A program made the translations under genes and the position numbers. From contig JASLOA010000041.1 in assembly GCA_030745755.1 (NCBI GenBank), forward strand, positions 6,515 through 70,514: DNA of 64,000 nt, read 5' to 3'. The notes beneath the pieces were generated by a model. The model saw only the letters and a list, made by a program, of their open reading frames with translations, did not search any database and was not told the origin of the DNA. Shown here piece by piece: positions 50,235 to 59,677 of this stretch. Positions within the stretch are counted from its first letter, which is position 1; each line of letters starts with the position of its first letter. This DNA comes from Kiritimatiellia bacterium. Its GTDB lineage: Bacteria; Verrucomicrobiota; Kiritimatiellia; UBA8416; JABMPJ01.

Positions 50235-50890
50235 TCAAGCTAGAGAACATCCATATGAAGCAGGGCGCCTTTGAGCTCCGTGACCTGACTCTTGAGGTGC
50301 CGCAGGGCGCCTATGCTGTCCTGATGGGGGCATCAGGGGCAGGAAAGACGACGCTTATCGAACTGCTTTGCGGGCTGCGCTTTCCACAGCGTGGACGGGT
50401 CATTATCGGGGGGCGCGATATGACCCATGCCGTTCCCGCGGCACGTGAGGTCGGATACGTTCCCCAGGATGGTGCGCTGTTTAAGACGATGACTGTTCGC
50501 GAGCAGCTGGGCTTTGCGTTGGACCTTCGCCACGTTGCGGGGGACGACGTTGCCCTGCGCGTGCGGGAGATCGCGGAGATGTTGGACATTGCGCACCTGC
50601 TCGACCGCTACCCCAGTGGACTGAGTGGGGGCGAGCGACAGCGGACCGCGCTTGGACGGGCCCTGTCGTTCCGGCCCAAGGTGCTTCTGCTCGATGAGCC
50701 GTTGTGTGCCCTCGACGACGAGACGCGTGAGCGCATCATGAACCTGCTGCGCCAGGTACAGCAGCAGATGGGCGTGACGACCCTGCATGTGACACACAAC
50801 AGGCAGGAGGCCGAGGAATTGGGGACGATGGGGATGAAGATCGCGGAAGGGAAGATCATCCCGCTGGACTTGAGCGGAGGAAACGAATGA
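50231..50890 (+). CDS. modC: Molybdate ABC transporter ATPase
   Basis: GASGAGKT, GYVPQD.ALF, LSGGERQR and LLDEP motifs; follows modB. Confidence 0.8.
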   Translation: MIKLENIHMKQGAFELRDLTLEVPQGAYAVLMGASGAGKTTLIELLCGLRFPQRGRVIIGGRDMTHAVPAAREVGYVPQDGALFKTMTVREQLGFALDLRHVAGDDVALRVREIAEMLDIAHLLDRYPSGLSGGERQRTALGRALSFRPKVLLLDEPLCALDDETRERIMNLLRQVQQQMGVTTLHVTHNRQEAEELGTMGMKIAEGKIIPLDLSGGNE

Positions 50891-51132
50891 AAGTCGAAGT
50901 GGAATACACGGCGCAACTCAAGGTGAAGACCGGTGTGTCAGCGGATTCGTACGAATTGGACGAGGGCGCCCGGGTTTCCGACTTGATCAAGGCTGTCGCG
51001 GCGCAGCACGACATCGCGGAATTTCTGCCGTCGAGTCTCCTCTGTTTTGTTGGTGGCACCCAGGCGGATGATGATCAATCCCTCTCCGACGGCGACAGCG
51101 TCACGCTCCTCAGCCCAATCTCCGGAGGTTAG
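50887..51132 (+). CDS. MoaD/ThiS ubiquitin-like sulfur carrier
   Basis: 81 aa ending L.DGD.V.LL.PISGG. Confidence 0.9.
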   Translation: MKVEVEYTAQLKVKTGVSADSYELDEGARVSDLIKAVAAQHDIAEFLPSSLLCFVGGTQADDDQSLSDGDSVTLLSPISGG

Positions 51133-51135
51133 GCC

Positions 51136-51903
51136 ATGGAACCTTCTAAGACAACACTGACAGACGGGGAGCGGGCTACCTACGAGTGGCAGCTCGACGT
51201 TCCCGGTTTCGGAGAAGCGGGGCAACAGAAGCTGAAGGATGCCTCCGTTCTCGTGTCGCGTGTCGGAGGCCTTGGCAGCGTGGTGGCCTACGAGCTGGCC
51301 GCTGCCGGGGTAGGGCGCATGGTGCTGGCGCACGCCGGCGACATCAAACACTCCGATCTCAACCGGCAGTTGTTGATGACGCATGATGCGCTTGGGACGG
51401 CCCGCGTGGCGTCGGCGGAGCGGCGACTGCTCGACCTCAATCCACGGCTCGAGATTGTCAAGGTGCCTGAGAATGTATCCGAGGCAAACGCGGCCAGGCT
51501 GGTTGGTGATGTTGATATCATCGTCGACTGCGCCCCTCTATTTGAAGAACGGCTGGCCATGAATCGTGCGGCGGTGGGCCAGGGGAAACCCCTGGTGGAG
51601 TGCGCCATGTACGAGTTGCAGGCGCAGATCACGACCGTGATTCCCGGGGAGACCCCGTGCGTTGCCTGTCTGCATCCCGAGCCCCCGCCTGCCTGGCAAC
51701 GACGCTTTCCGGTCTTTGGCGCCGTCTCGGGGACGGTCGGCTGCCTGGGGGCGATGGAAGCCATCAAGGTGCTTTCGGGGCTTGGTGAGCCCCTGGCAGG
51801 GAGAATGATCACCATGGACATGCGGCATATGAGCTTCCATACCTTGAAGCTCAAGCGTCGCGGTGACTGCGAGGTATGTGGCAACCCTAATGCTGAGACC
51901 TGA
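51136..51903 (+). CDS. HesA/MoeB/ThiF-family adenylyltransferase
   Basis: SRVGGLG, SDLNRQ, CVAC and CEVC motifs. Confidence 0.88.
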   Translation: MEPSKTTLTDGERATYEWQLDVPGFGEAGQQKLKDASVLVSRVGGLGSVVAYELAAAGVGRMVLAHAGDIKHSDLNRQLLMTHDALGTARVASAERRLLDLNPRLEIVKVPENVSEANAARLVGDVDIIVDCAPLFEERLAMNRAAVGQGKPLVECAMYELQAQITTVIPGETPCVACLHPEPPPAWQRRFPVFGAVSGTVGCLGAMEAIKVLSGLGEPLAGRMITMDMRHMSFHTLKLKRRGDCEVCGNPNAET

Positions 51904-53008
51904 TCAACAGATTCGATATGCGCGGCACCTCTCGCTTCCCGGGTTCGGGAGCGAAGCGCAGGAGCGGTTGCTTGCCGGTTCTGTGCTGCTCGTGGGAGCC
52001 GGCGGGCTGGGGTCTCCGGCTGCCTTGTACCTGGCCGCGGCCGGGGTGGGGAGGTTGGTGATCGTTGACGATGACCGCGTGGACCTGACGAACCTGCAGC
52101 GCCAGGTTCTGTACAACACCGCAGGCCAAGGAAAGCCGAAAGCGGAATCTGCGCGCGAGGCGCTGACTAGCTTGAATCGGGACGTTGAGGTCGAGGCCGT
52201 CAACGAACGCTTTGCGGAGAAGAACGCGCGCGACCTGGTCCGGTCGTGTGACATCGTTCTTGATGGTGCGGACAACTTCCCTACGCGCTATCTTATCAAT
52301 GATGCCGCCTATCTTGAGAAGCGTCCCGTGGTGCACGGCTCTATTCACCTTTTCGAGGGGCAATGCACCGTGTTCGCTCGCGATAGGGGGCCGTGCTATC
52401 GCTGCCTCTTTCCCAGCCCGCCTCCACCGGGCGCTGTGCCGTCCTGTGCCGAGGCAGGCGTACTGGGTGTCCTGCCCGGGATGATCGGCGTTGCCCAGGC
52501 GACGGAAGCGATCAAGCTGTTGACCGGCCTGGGCGACCCGTTGGTCGGGAAACTCCTCATGTACGATGCCCTGGCGATGCAGTTCCGGACGCTGCAAATC
52601 AAGCGTCGGCCTGAGTGCCCTCTCTGTGGTGATTCCCCGTCCATTACGGAGGCCCAAACCATCGCATTCTCCTGTCCCACTGCCGAAGCCCCCGAGATCG
52701 AGGTGTCAGACCTGCAACCGTTGCAGGCGGAAGAGCAGCCCTGTCACCTCCTCGATGTGCGCGAAGCGCGGGAAGTCGCACTGGGTATGATCCCGGGCAG
52801 CACCCATATTCCGCTTGGCGAGCTCGAGGATCGAATGGCGGAAGTCACCCCCTGGCGGGATGAGCAGGTCATCTGCATTTGCCAGGTGGGGCAGCGCAGC
52901 CTGCGCGCGGCTGCACTGCTGCAACATAATGGATTTGGGCAAGCCGTCAGCCTGCGCGGCGGATACGCGGCTTGGTTGATGACGCAATTAAGGGAGAACG
53001 GATCATGA
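51890..53008 (+). CDS. moeB: MoeB-rhodanese fusion (MoeZ-type sulfurylase)
   Basis: RYARH, GAGGLG, TNLQRQ, CYRC, SCAEAGVLG, CPLC, and rhodanese LDVRE...CQVGQRS. Confidence 0.9.
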   Translation: MLRPDQQIRYARHLSLPGFGSEAQERLLAGSVLLVGAGGLGSPAALYLAAAGVGRLVIVDDDRVDLTNLQRQVLYNTAGQGKPKAESAREALTSLNRDVEVEAVNERFAEKNARDLVRSCDIVLDGADNFPTRYLINDAAYLEKRPVVHGSIHLFEGQCTVFARDRGPCYRCLFPSPPPPGAVPSCAEAGVLGVLPGMIGVAQATEAIKLLTGLGDPLVGKLLMYDALAMQFRTLQIKRRPECPLCGDSPSITEAQTIAFSCPTAEAPEIEVSDLQPLQAEEQPCHLLDVREAREVALGMIPGSTHIPLGELEDRMAEVTPWRDEQVICICQVGQRSLRAAALLQHNGFGQAVSLRGGYAAWLMTQLRENGS

Positions 53009-53445
53009 GCTTCTTTACCGATGTAAGTCCAACCCTGCTTCTTCTCGGTCTCGCTGCCGGGATCCTCAGTTCCATGCTCGGCGTCGGGAGCGGAATCCTG
53101 CTGGTTCCGTCCATGGTGCTGATCTTCGGGCTGGCCCAGAAATCCGCGCAAGGTACGGCACTTGCCGTCATGGTGCCCATGGCCATGGTTGGTGCCATCC
53201 GCTATATCTCGAATCCGGACATTGAGATCAGTTTTGCCCAGGTCGCATTGCTTGTACCCGGGGCGATGATCGGGGCGCTCATCGGGTCGGCCATTGCAGC
53301 CCACGTTCCCAATGAAGTGCTGCGTCGCCTTTTCGCCATCTTCCTGCTGGTTGTGGCCGTGCGGATGCTGCTGCCCAAACGGGGCACCCGGAAGGCGCCT
53401 GCCTCACAACCTGCAGAGCAACTTGCTAATGGAGAACAACAATGA
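53005..53445 (+). CDS. Half-size TauE/SafE (TSUP) membrane protein
   Basis: G.LSSMLGVGSG..LVP, AQGT.L and LRRLFA.F motifs. Confidence 0.85.
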   Translation: MSFFTDVSPTLLLLGLAAGILSSMLGVGSGILLVPSMVLIFGLAQKSAQGTALAVMVPMAMVGAIRYISNPDIEISFAQVALLVPGAMIGALIGSAIAAHVPNEVLRRLFAIFLLVVAVRMLLPKRGTRKAPASQPAEQLANGEQQ

Positions 53446-54086
53446 TCGAGCTTAACGATATTTCAAAATCCTACAGATCTGCCCGCGGTACCCCGGTTGA
53501 GGTGCTGAAGGGCATGAGTGTCAGCGTCGAAGCGGGCGAGTTTGTCTCTGTCACCGGGCCGAGCGGTTGTGGCAAGAGTACGTTGCTTCTCATTGCCGGG
53601 AGTCTGCTGCATCCTGACGGCGGCAGTGTGGTCATCGACGGTCGCGATTTCACGGCCATGAACAGCGACGACAAGGCGCATCAGCGTGCAGAGACCATCG
53701 GGTTTGTCTTTCAGCGTTTCCACCTTCTGCCTTACCTGACCGTCCGCGAGAACATCCTGGCCGGTGGGGTGGCGTTGAAGCGTTCCTCCGACGAGGTCAG
53801 CGGGCGTGCCGAGGAATTGATGGAGAAACTGGGGATGGTCCGGCGTGCCGATCACCTTCCGGGGGAATTGAGTGTTGGCGAGATGCAGCGCACGGCGTTG
53901 GCGCGTGCCTTCCTGAATGGTCCGAAGGTGATTCTCGCGGATGAGCCCACCGGGAACCTCGACCCTGAGAATGCCGAGATCGTGATGAAAGCCCTGTCCG
54001 GTTTTGCCGGCGAAGGCGGCGCCGTCCTAATGGTCACGCACCATCCTGCGGATGCCGATCGGGCGGACCGGCAGTTGAAGATGTAG
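53442..54086 (+). CDS. LolD/MacB-type ABC ATPase
   Basis: GPSGCGKST, IGFVFQ.FHL, LSVGE and ADEPTGNLD motifs. Confidence 0.92.
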   Translation: MIELNDISKSYRSARGTPVEVLKGMSVSVEAGEFVSVTGPSGCGKSTLLLIAGSLLHPDGGSVVIDGRDFTAMNSDDKAHQRAETIGFVFQRFHLLPYLTVRENILAGGVALKRSSDEVSGRAEELMEKLGMVRRADHLPGELSVGEMQRTALARAFLNGPKVILADEPTGNLDPENAEIVMKALSGFAGEGGAVLMVTHHPADADRADRQLKM

Positions 54087-54089
54087 TAT

Positions 54090-54194
54090 CTACAGAGCAG
54101 GGCCGGTGGAGTTGGTCGTGTAGCCGGTGTAGAAGCGTTCCGGATGGCTCTGGCTTTGCAGGACGTAGACGTAGAAGAAGGTGTGGTTGCTCAT
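54090..54194 (-). pseudogene. Truncated GIY-YIG nuclease
   Basis: Manual translation MSNHTFFYVYVLQSQSHPERFYTGYTTNSTGPAL*: YVY/YTG motifs present, then breaks off before the catalytic Arg/Glu. Confidence 0.8.
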
Positions 54195-54304
54195 GGGTTG
54201 GCTTGCCCGGCTTCGTGTTCCACTTCGTCGTGGCTTGCCGAGTCGTAGTTCGGAGCGCTGGGGTGGCCCGTCTTCGCTTTCGTCGCTACGCTCCGAACGA
54301 AGAC

Positions 54305-54379
54305 TGGCACCCCCTAGGGGAATCGAACCCCTCTTTCCGGGATGAGAACCCGATGTCCTAGCCGATAGACGAAGGGGGC
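54305..54379 (-). tRNA. tRNA-Glu (CTC)
   Basis: GCCCCCTTCGTCTATCGGCTAGGACATCGGGTT-CTC-ATCCCGGAAAGAGGGGTTCGATTCCCCTAGGGGGTGCCA; cloverleaf with encoded CCA. Confidence 0.96.
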
Positions 54380-54400
54380 ACAGCTAGTCAAGAGGCGCGT

Positions 54401-54429
54401 AATGTACGGAATCGGTGGGTGGAAGTCAA
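54401..54429 (-). promoter_or_regulatory. sigma70 promoter of tRNA-Glu
   Basis: TTGACT-N17-TACATT. Confidence 0.65.
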
Positions 54430-54584
54430 CCCCCCTGTGCCACACCACTGCACTGCAGAAAGATGTGCTCAGGGTGACCGCCGAGGCTGTCTGCAAAGAA
54501 AGATGTGGATTTCTGGCTGGAAACTGGAATAATGCCTAACTGTCAGCAGACTGACGTGTAATAACAGCAAAGGGGGACCTACTC

Positions 54585-55586
54585 ATGATTCGTTACGGAC
54601 TGACTCTTGTGGCTGTCGGGCTTTTTCTACTCCCGGCAGCAGTTCTTGGTCAAACCGAACTCGCCGCTATCATGCGGGACGAGTACGCACTGGGACTGAC
54701 TCCAACGGTACGGAGTGCCGGCATGGGAGGCGGCTACCTGGGTGTGGAAGGGGTTCAGAGCATGAACCCGGCGGCCTTGGCTCGCGCCGGACGGAATGTC
54801 ACGGCTACCTATGGCATCTACAGCCACGACACCGGGCCGGATGCTCATCGCGGCCGCATTGACGCAACGCTTGCTGCACCCAAGATCGGTGGCGCAGCCC
54901 GCCTTATGCTCGACCACGTTTCCAGTGACGGGGCGGACCCCACCATGATTGCCGGTGGCGCGCCCATGGAGTACGACAGCACAACCCTCGGCCTGCAGTA
55001 TGGTCGTGATGTGAGCGACTGCCTGGCCCTCGGCTTTGGTGCCTACCCCTACGAAGAGGCCAACGTGGATGTCACCACCCCGGGCGGCACAATGAGCGGG
55101 GAAGGGATGAGCCAGGTGGGCAGCATCCAGTTCGGCGCGCTGGGACGCCTCTGCGACATGGTAAACGTCGGCGTTCAGGTTATCCACATCATCGACGAGC
55201 TCCAGGTGACGCTTCCTGACGGGACCAAGATGCAAGACGACTTCAAGATCGACTACGTGGCCGCTGGCGTGGCCATCACCCCGTGGGATGGGGGCTTGGT
55301 TGTCGTCGATTACTGGAATGGCGACGTGGACGGCCGGTCCGCGCCGGGTGTCGAATTCGATGCCGACATCGACCGTTGGAACATCGGTGTGGAACAGCGC
55401 GTTCTGGATGCAGTCGACCTGCGCGTGGGCTCAAACAACAGTGGCCTGACCGCCGGATTCACCTGGCGTATGTGCGAAGCAGCGACCCTGGACTACGCCT
55501 ACGTGAGCGAGGCACTGAACGATAAAGCTGACGGCATATTCGGCGAGACCGAGCAGCACACCGTGGCAGTCTCCTGCGCATTCTGA
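54585..55586 (+). CDS. Outer-membrane beta-barrel protein (PorV/FadL-like)
   Basis: Signal peptide, RSAGMGG....NPAALA, terminal Phe. Confidence 0.7.
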   Translation: MIRYGLTLVAVGLFLLPAAVLGQTELAAIMRDEYALGLTPTVRSAGMGGGYLGVEGVQSMNPAALARAGRNVTATYGIYSHDTGPDAHRGRIDATLAAPKIGGAARLMLDHVSSDGADPTMIAGGAPMEYDSTTLGLQYGRDVSDCLALGFGAYPYEEANVDVTTPGGTMSGEGMSQVGSIQFGALGRLCDMVNVGVQVIHIIDELQVTLPDGTKMQDDFKIDYVAAGVAITPWDGGLVVVDYWNGDVDGRSAPGVEFDADIDRWNIGVEQRVLDAVDLRVGSNNSGLTAGFTWRMCEAATLDYAYVSEALNDKADGIFGETEQHTVAVSCAF

Positions 55587-55685
55587 GTCATTCCGTCAGC
55601 GTGACGGCTGACCACAGCGGCGCGTTGCGCCTCAGGCAAGCGCGAGTTCAATCGACCGGCACCGCCAGCCGGTCGGTTGGCGTGC

Positions 55686-56594
55686 TCATGAAGTGCCGCG
55701 GCGGTCTCGTGCCTGCTTAAGGAACGCGGCATACTGCGCGCCGGCATGGTAGGAGGAGCGGACGAGTGGGGCGGACTCGCAATAGGTGAAGCCGCGCGAT
55801 AGGGCTTCCTCTTTGAGGTCAGTGAACTCCTCCGGCGTCCAGAACTTCTCGACCGGGGCATGGGTTTTCGTGGGCTGGAGGTATTGTCCCATGTTCATGA
55901 CATCCACATCCACCCCGCGAAGATCATCCATCGACTGAAGGATCTCGTCGCGAGTCTCGCCCAGGCCCAGCATCAGGCTCGACTTAGTCGTGGCTCCGGG
56001 ATCGATCTCTTTGACGATACGCAGGTAGCTGAGCGAGCGGTCGTAGTCCGAACGGGAACGGATGGTCTGAGTGAGACGGCGCACGGTTTCCAGGTTGTGA
56101 CTGTTGACGGCGGGCATGCTGTCGGTGATGATCTTGATAGCCTCGCGATCGCCTAGCATGTCCGAGGCAAGTACTTCAACCGAGCAATCGGGCGAAGCCT
56201 CGCGAATGGCGATGACCGTATCGGCCACAGCCTGCGCACCGCCATCGGGTAGATCGTCGCGGGTGACCATGGTAATCACAACATGCTCCAGGCCCATAGT
56301 CGCGACCGACTCCGCCACACGGCGCGGTTCGTCGGGATCCGGGGCAGGGGGGCGACCGGTGGCCACTGCGCAGAAGCGGCAAGCGCGCGTACAGACTTCA
56401 CCGAGGATCATGAACGTGGCGGTCTTATGCTTGCCCCAGCACTCATGAATGTTGGGACACATAGCCTCCTCGCAGACCGTATGCAGGTTCTGCCCCTTCA
56501 CGAGCTGCTTGATCTCCGAGAACTCCTTGCCACCGGAGAGGCGGACCCTGAGCCAGTCAGGCTTGCGAAGCGGCGGTGTGTTGTTGGCGGGCAT
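55686..56594 (-). CDS. lipA: Lipoyl synthase
   Basis: CEEAMCPNIHECW, CTRACRFC and PLVRSSYHA motifs. Confidence 0.97.
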   Translation of the reverse strand: MPANNTPPLRKPDWLRVRLSGGKEFSEIKQLVKGQNLHTVCEEAMCPNIHECWGKHKTATFMILGEVCTRACRFCAVATGRPPAPDPDEPRRVAESVATMGLEHVVITMVTRDDLPDGGAQAVADTVIAIREASPDCSVEVLASDMLGDREAIKIITDSMPAVNSHNLETVRRLTQTIRSRSDYDRSLSYLRIVKEIDPGATTKSSLMLGLGETRDEILQSMDDLRGVDVDVMNMGQYLQPTKTHAPVEKFWTPEEFTDLKEEALSRGFTYCESAPLVRSSYHAGAQYAAFLKQARDRRGTS

Positions 56595-56700
56595 GTGTGT
56601 TGGCTCCCATTACGAGGGATGGCGATATTACCACGGGTATCTGGAGTGACTCAATCCCCTAAGAGTTTGGTTTTCGGTCTGAAGCGGGTATCATGAAGGC

Positions 56701-57576
56701 ATGTTTGTTCTTCGAATTGAGTGTACTCGTGGCACTGCCGTTGCCGTGGAGGTGGCGCTGGATGCGCTGGGGGCGGTGGTGACGCGGTGGGATGAGGCGG
56801 ATGATGATTTGGTTCGCTTCGAGGAGTACTTTTGCGACTCGACAGCCGCCAGTGCGCGGGCAGCCCGGATGGAGGCGATACTCGAGCAGTGGTCTTCTGA
56901 CGCGCGGTGTGCCATCGGGGTATCCGAACTGCTCGACCGCGACTGGCAGGAGGCGTGGAAGGCGACGATCCATGCGGCGCGCGTGTCGGAGCGGGTGGTG
57001 GTCAAGCCGTCCTGGGAGGCGTGGGAAGCCCAGCCGGGTGACTGCGTGATCGAGATCGATCCGGGCATGAGCTTCGGGACGGGGCTTCACTTCACCACAC
57101 AGAGCTGTCTGCGCTTTATCGACCGGGTGATGCAGGCGGAGCCGGTCGACCGGTTCTGCGACCTGGGCTGTGGCTCGGGTATTCTCTCGATCGCGGCGGT
57201 CAAGCTGGGCGTTTCTGCGGTGACGGCCTTCGACATTGAGGTGGACGCGGTTCGTATTGCCGATGAGAACTGTGCGCGCAACGGGGTGGGGGCGGCGGTG
57301 ACCGCGACGGCGACTGCACTGGCCGACATCGCGCAGCTCGGTACCTTCCCGCTGGTGGCAGCCAATATCCTGGCGCACGTGTTGCGCGAGGAGATCGGGA
57401 CGATTACGGCGGCCGTTGCGCCGGGCGGTTACCTGATGCTGGCCGGGACCACAGAGAGCGATTTCCCGGAGATCAGATCCCTCTATGAGGCCCGCGGCTT
57501 CCGCCTGGTCACGGATGAGGGTGACGGTGAATGGCACAGCGGTCTCTACAGAAAGAACGAGGGCGGCCCTGTTTAG
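56701..57576 (+). CDS. prmA: Ribosomal protein L11 methyltransferase
   Basis: DW..AWK, IDPGMSFGTG.H.TT, DLGCGSGIL and ANIL motifs. Confidence 0.93.
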   Translation: MFVLRIECTRGTAVAVEVALDALGAVVTRWDEADDDLVRFEEYFCDSTAASARAARMEAILEQWSSDARCAIGVSELLDRDWQEAWKATIHAARVSERVVVKPSWEAWEAQPGDCVIEIDPGMSFGTGLHFTTQSCLRFIDRVMQAEPVDRFCDLGCGSGILSIAAVKLGVSAVTAFDIEVDAVRIADENCARNGVGAAVTATATALADIAQLGTFPLVAANILAHVLREEIGTITAAVAPGGYLMLAGTTESDFPEIRSLYEARGFRLVTDEGDGEWHSGLYRKNEGGPV

Positions 57577-57586
57577 AGCCGCCCTC
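57559..57586. terminator. Hairpin between convergent prmA and pckG
   Basis: GAGGGCGGC...GCCGCCCTC. Confidence 0.5.
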
Positions 57587-57612
57587 GCAGTAACCGTTAC
57601 CGGTCAGCCATT

Positions 57613-59490
57613 CTACAGATCGAACGGGCTGATGTAGTCGCCCTTCTCGGCCTGCAGGGCCTCGAGGCGCTTACGCTCGCCAGCCATCTCATCGGTCCAC
57701 GTCTGCGGTGTATCGTCGATCGTGGCGTAGATGGTGGCCATGCGGTCGTGCTTGGCCAGGAGCTCGGGGATACGAATCGTGAACTGGTCAACGTAGTCCT
57801 GTTCCGTGTAGTCCTCGCCACGCACTTCCTTGAAGAGGCGCTTGAGGTCCTCGAACTTCGGGATCCTGCCGCAGCCGGCCTCAAGGGCCTCGGCTTCGCC
57901 ATGAATACGGAGTTCCATCCACTTGATCCAGACCGACTTGTCCAGCTTGCCGTTGAGGAACTGACCGTCCTTCTTAATGAAGTAGTTGGTTCCGAACACC
58001 TGCGGACGCTTGATGTCCTTGGCGAAGTCCAGGTTGTTCTGGATGTAGCGACCCACGCTCATGGAGAGGAAGTCCATGTTGGACATCACGTTCCAGGTCC
58101 GGACACCTTCCTGGCCGATCGTGGCCGCGGTGGTTTCGGATTCGAGCGTGGCGCCCATCGTGCAGATACCGTGTTCCCAGCTATAGGCTTCACGGACAGG
58201 CACGTTCGTGTCGCTGTCACGGCCACCATAGATGATACCACCGATCGGGAGCCCTTCGGGGTTGTCCCAATCCGGATCCGCATTCTCAAGATCGCTCATC
58301 TGTACGGTGTAGCGGGCGTTCTTATGGCTGCAGGTGGAAACGCGCCCGTCGGGGCCTTCCATGCCTTCAGTCCACTGACCACAGTAGTTCTCGCCCTCGG
58401 CGGGCACCTCACCGGTCATTCCGATCCAGTAGGGCTTGCCATCCTTAACGAGCACGTTGCCGAACACAACTTCGCCGGGCTTTGTCAGCACGTCCCAGAT
58501 AACCGGGTCGTCGTCCTGGTTGACGTCGGTGATGATGCCGAAGATGCCGTTCTCGACGTTAGCCGCACGGAACTCGCCGTCGATGACCTTGAAGTAGGCG
58601 AGGTCATCACCCACGATGTTCTCGCCGGGGATCATGGCCGTGGCGGTCTTGCCACAAGCACTCGGGAAGGCGCCGGCCAGGTAGGTCTTGCGACCATTGG
58701 GGCCGTTGCTGCGCATGATGAACATATGCTCGGCCAGCCAGCCTTCGCGGTCTGCCTTGCGAATGGCCAGACGCAGGGAGAGCTTCTTGAGCCCGACGGT
58801 GTTGCCGGCATACTGCGTGTTGACGCTGAGCGTGGTGTTCTGGGTGTAGTCCATGTACACGCGGTTCAGCTCGTAGTTCTTCGAAGTCTTACGCTCGTCG
58901 ACCTCGCCCGTGGCGTGACGGTATTTGAAGAACTCGAAGTTCTCGTGGCTGGCGCTCTGGCGCTTGAACTCCTCGTAGCCGCGGCGGTAGAGCAGGTCTT
59001 CGCTGTGGCAGACGTAGGCGGAGTCGGTGATCTGCAGGCACGGAATCGCAAAGGTGGAGTTCGTGGTGCCGAGGCAGAAGAAGCGCACCAGCATCTTGCG
59101 GCCCTTGTAGGCGCCACGCTGGAGATTCTCCATCTCTGCGATACCCTCGTCGCGAGACATCTGGTTGAGCTTCTTATCGAGATCAACGCCCTCGGGGACG
59201 AGGTACTTGGTAACGTCCTTCTTGCGGGCCTGGTCGAAGTAGCCGTCCCAATGGACCGTGTGGCCTTCTGTGTTCAGCGGAATCTCTTCGTTCTGGTCGA
59301 TCGCCAACTGGCGGCAGTAGGCCACGTCCTCGTCGGAATCGTCGCCGACCCAGACGGAGTCCGGCTCGCATAGTGCGATCGCGTGCGCGATGAAGTCACA
59401 GACGTCGCTGTTATCGATAGCGGCGAGCTTCTGGAAGCTCTCGTCACTCATTTTGCTCTGCAGCAGAGCTTTGCTGTCACTCATGGTCAT
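57613..59490 (-). CDS. pckG: Phosphoenolpyruvate carboxykinase (GTP)
   Basis: GWLAEHM, AFPSACGKT, GDD, H.NARY and IYGGRD motifs. Confidence 0.95.
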   Translation of the reverse strand: MTMSDSKALLQSKMSDESFQKLAAIDNSDVCDFIAHAIALCEPDSVWVGDDSDEDVAYCRQLAIDQNEEIPLNTEGHTVHWDGYFDQARKKDVTKYLVPEGVDLDKKLNQMSRDEGIAEMENLQRGAYKGRKMLVRFFCLGTTNSTFAIPCLQITDSAYVCHSEDLLYRRGYEEFKRQSASHENFEFFKYRHATGEVDERKTSKNYELNRVYMDYTQNTTLSVNTQYAGNTVGLKKLSLRLAIRKADREGWLAEHMFIMRSNGPNGRKTYLAGAFPSACGKTATAMIPGENIVGDDLAYFKVIDGEFRAANVENGIFGIITDVNQDDDPVIWDVLTKPGEVVFGNVLVKDGKPYWIGMTGEVPAEGENYCGQWTEGMEGPDGRVSTCSHKNARYTVQMSDLENADPDWDNPEGLPIGGIIYGGRDSDTNVPVREAYSWEHGICTMGATLESETTAATIGQEGVRTWNVMSNMDFLSMSVGRYIQNNLDFAKDIKRPQVFGTNYFIKKDGQFLNGKLDKSVWIKWMELRIHGEAEALEAGCGRIPKFEDLKRLFKEVRGEDYTEQDYVDQFTIRIPELLAKHDRMATIYATIDDTPQTWTDEMAGERKRLEALQAEKGDYISPFDL

Positions 59491-59677
59491 GGCCCCTTAT
59501 GTATATGTTTCCCCTCACTCGACAAAAGGCGGTCGCTGTTAACAGACTAAACGCCCGCAGAAGCGCGGCATTAAGCCATATCGTGGCCCTTGTTGCAAGT
59601 CCGAAAGAAGCCCCTTTTTTGGTTTGATTGCCGAGAGCCGCAACGTATGCTGGAGTTACCAAGCAGGAAGGTGAGAC

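Noticed and set aside
25989-51903. Nitrogen fixation link (NifM-like parvulin, HesA, ModABC)
   Set aside because: No nifHDK/ENB in the window and the genes are not adjacent; both families are widespread.
42000-54379. Integrative island or prophage at tRNA-Glu
   Set aside because: No integrase and no duplicated tRNA 3' end (att) found by eye.
57748-59373. 541-aa + strand ORF (and similar long ORFs 21862-23181, 62489-63868, 5580-6647, 18819-19955, 39927-41150)
   Set aside because: Antisense shadows of well-supported genes with strong GC3 bias; no motifs of their own.
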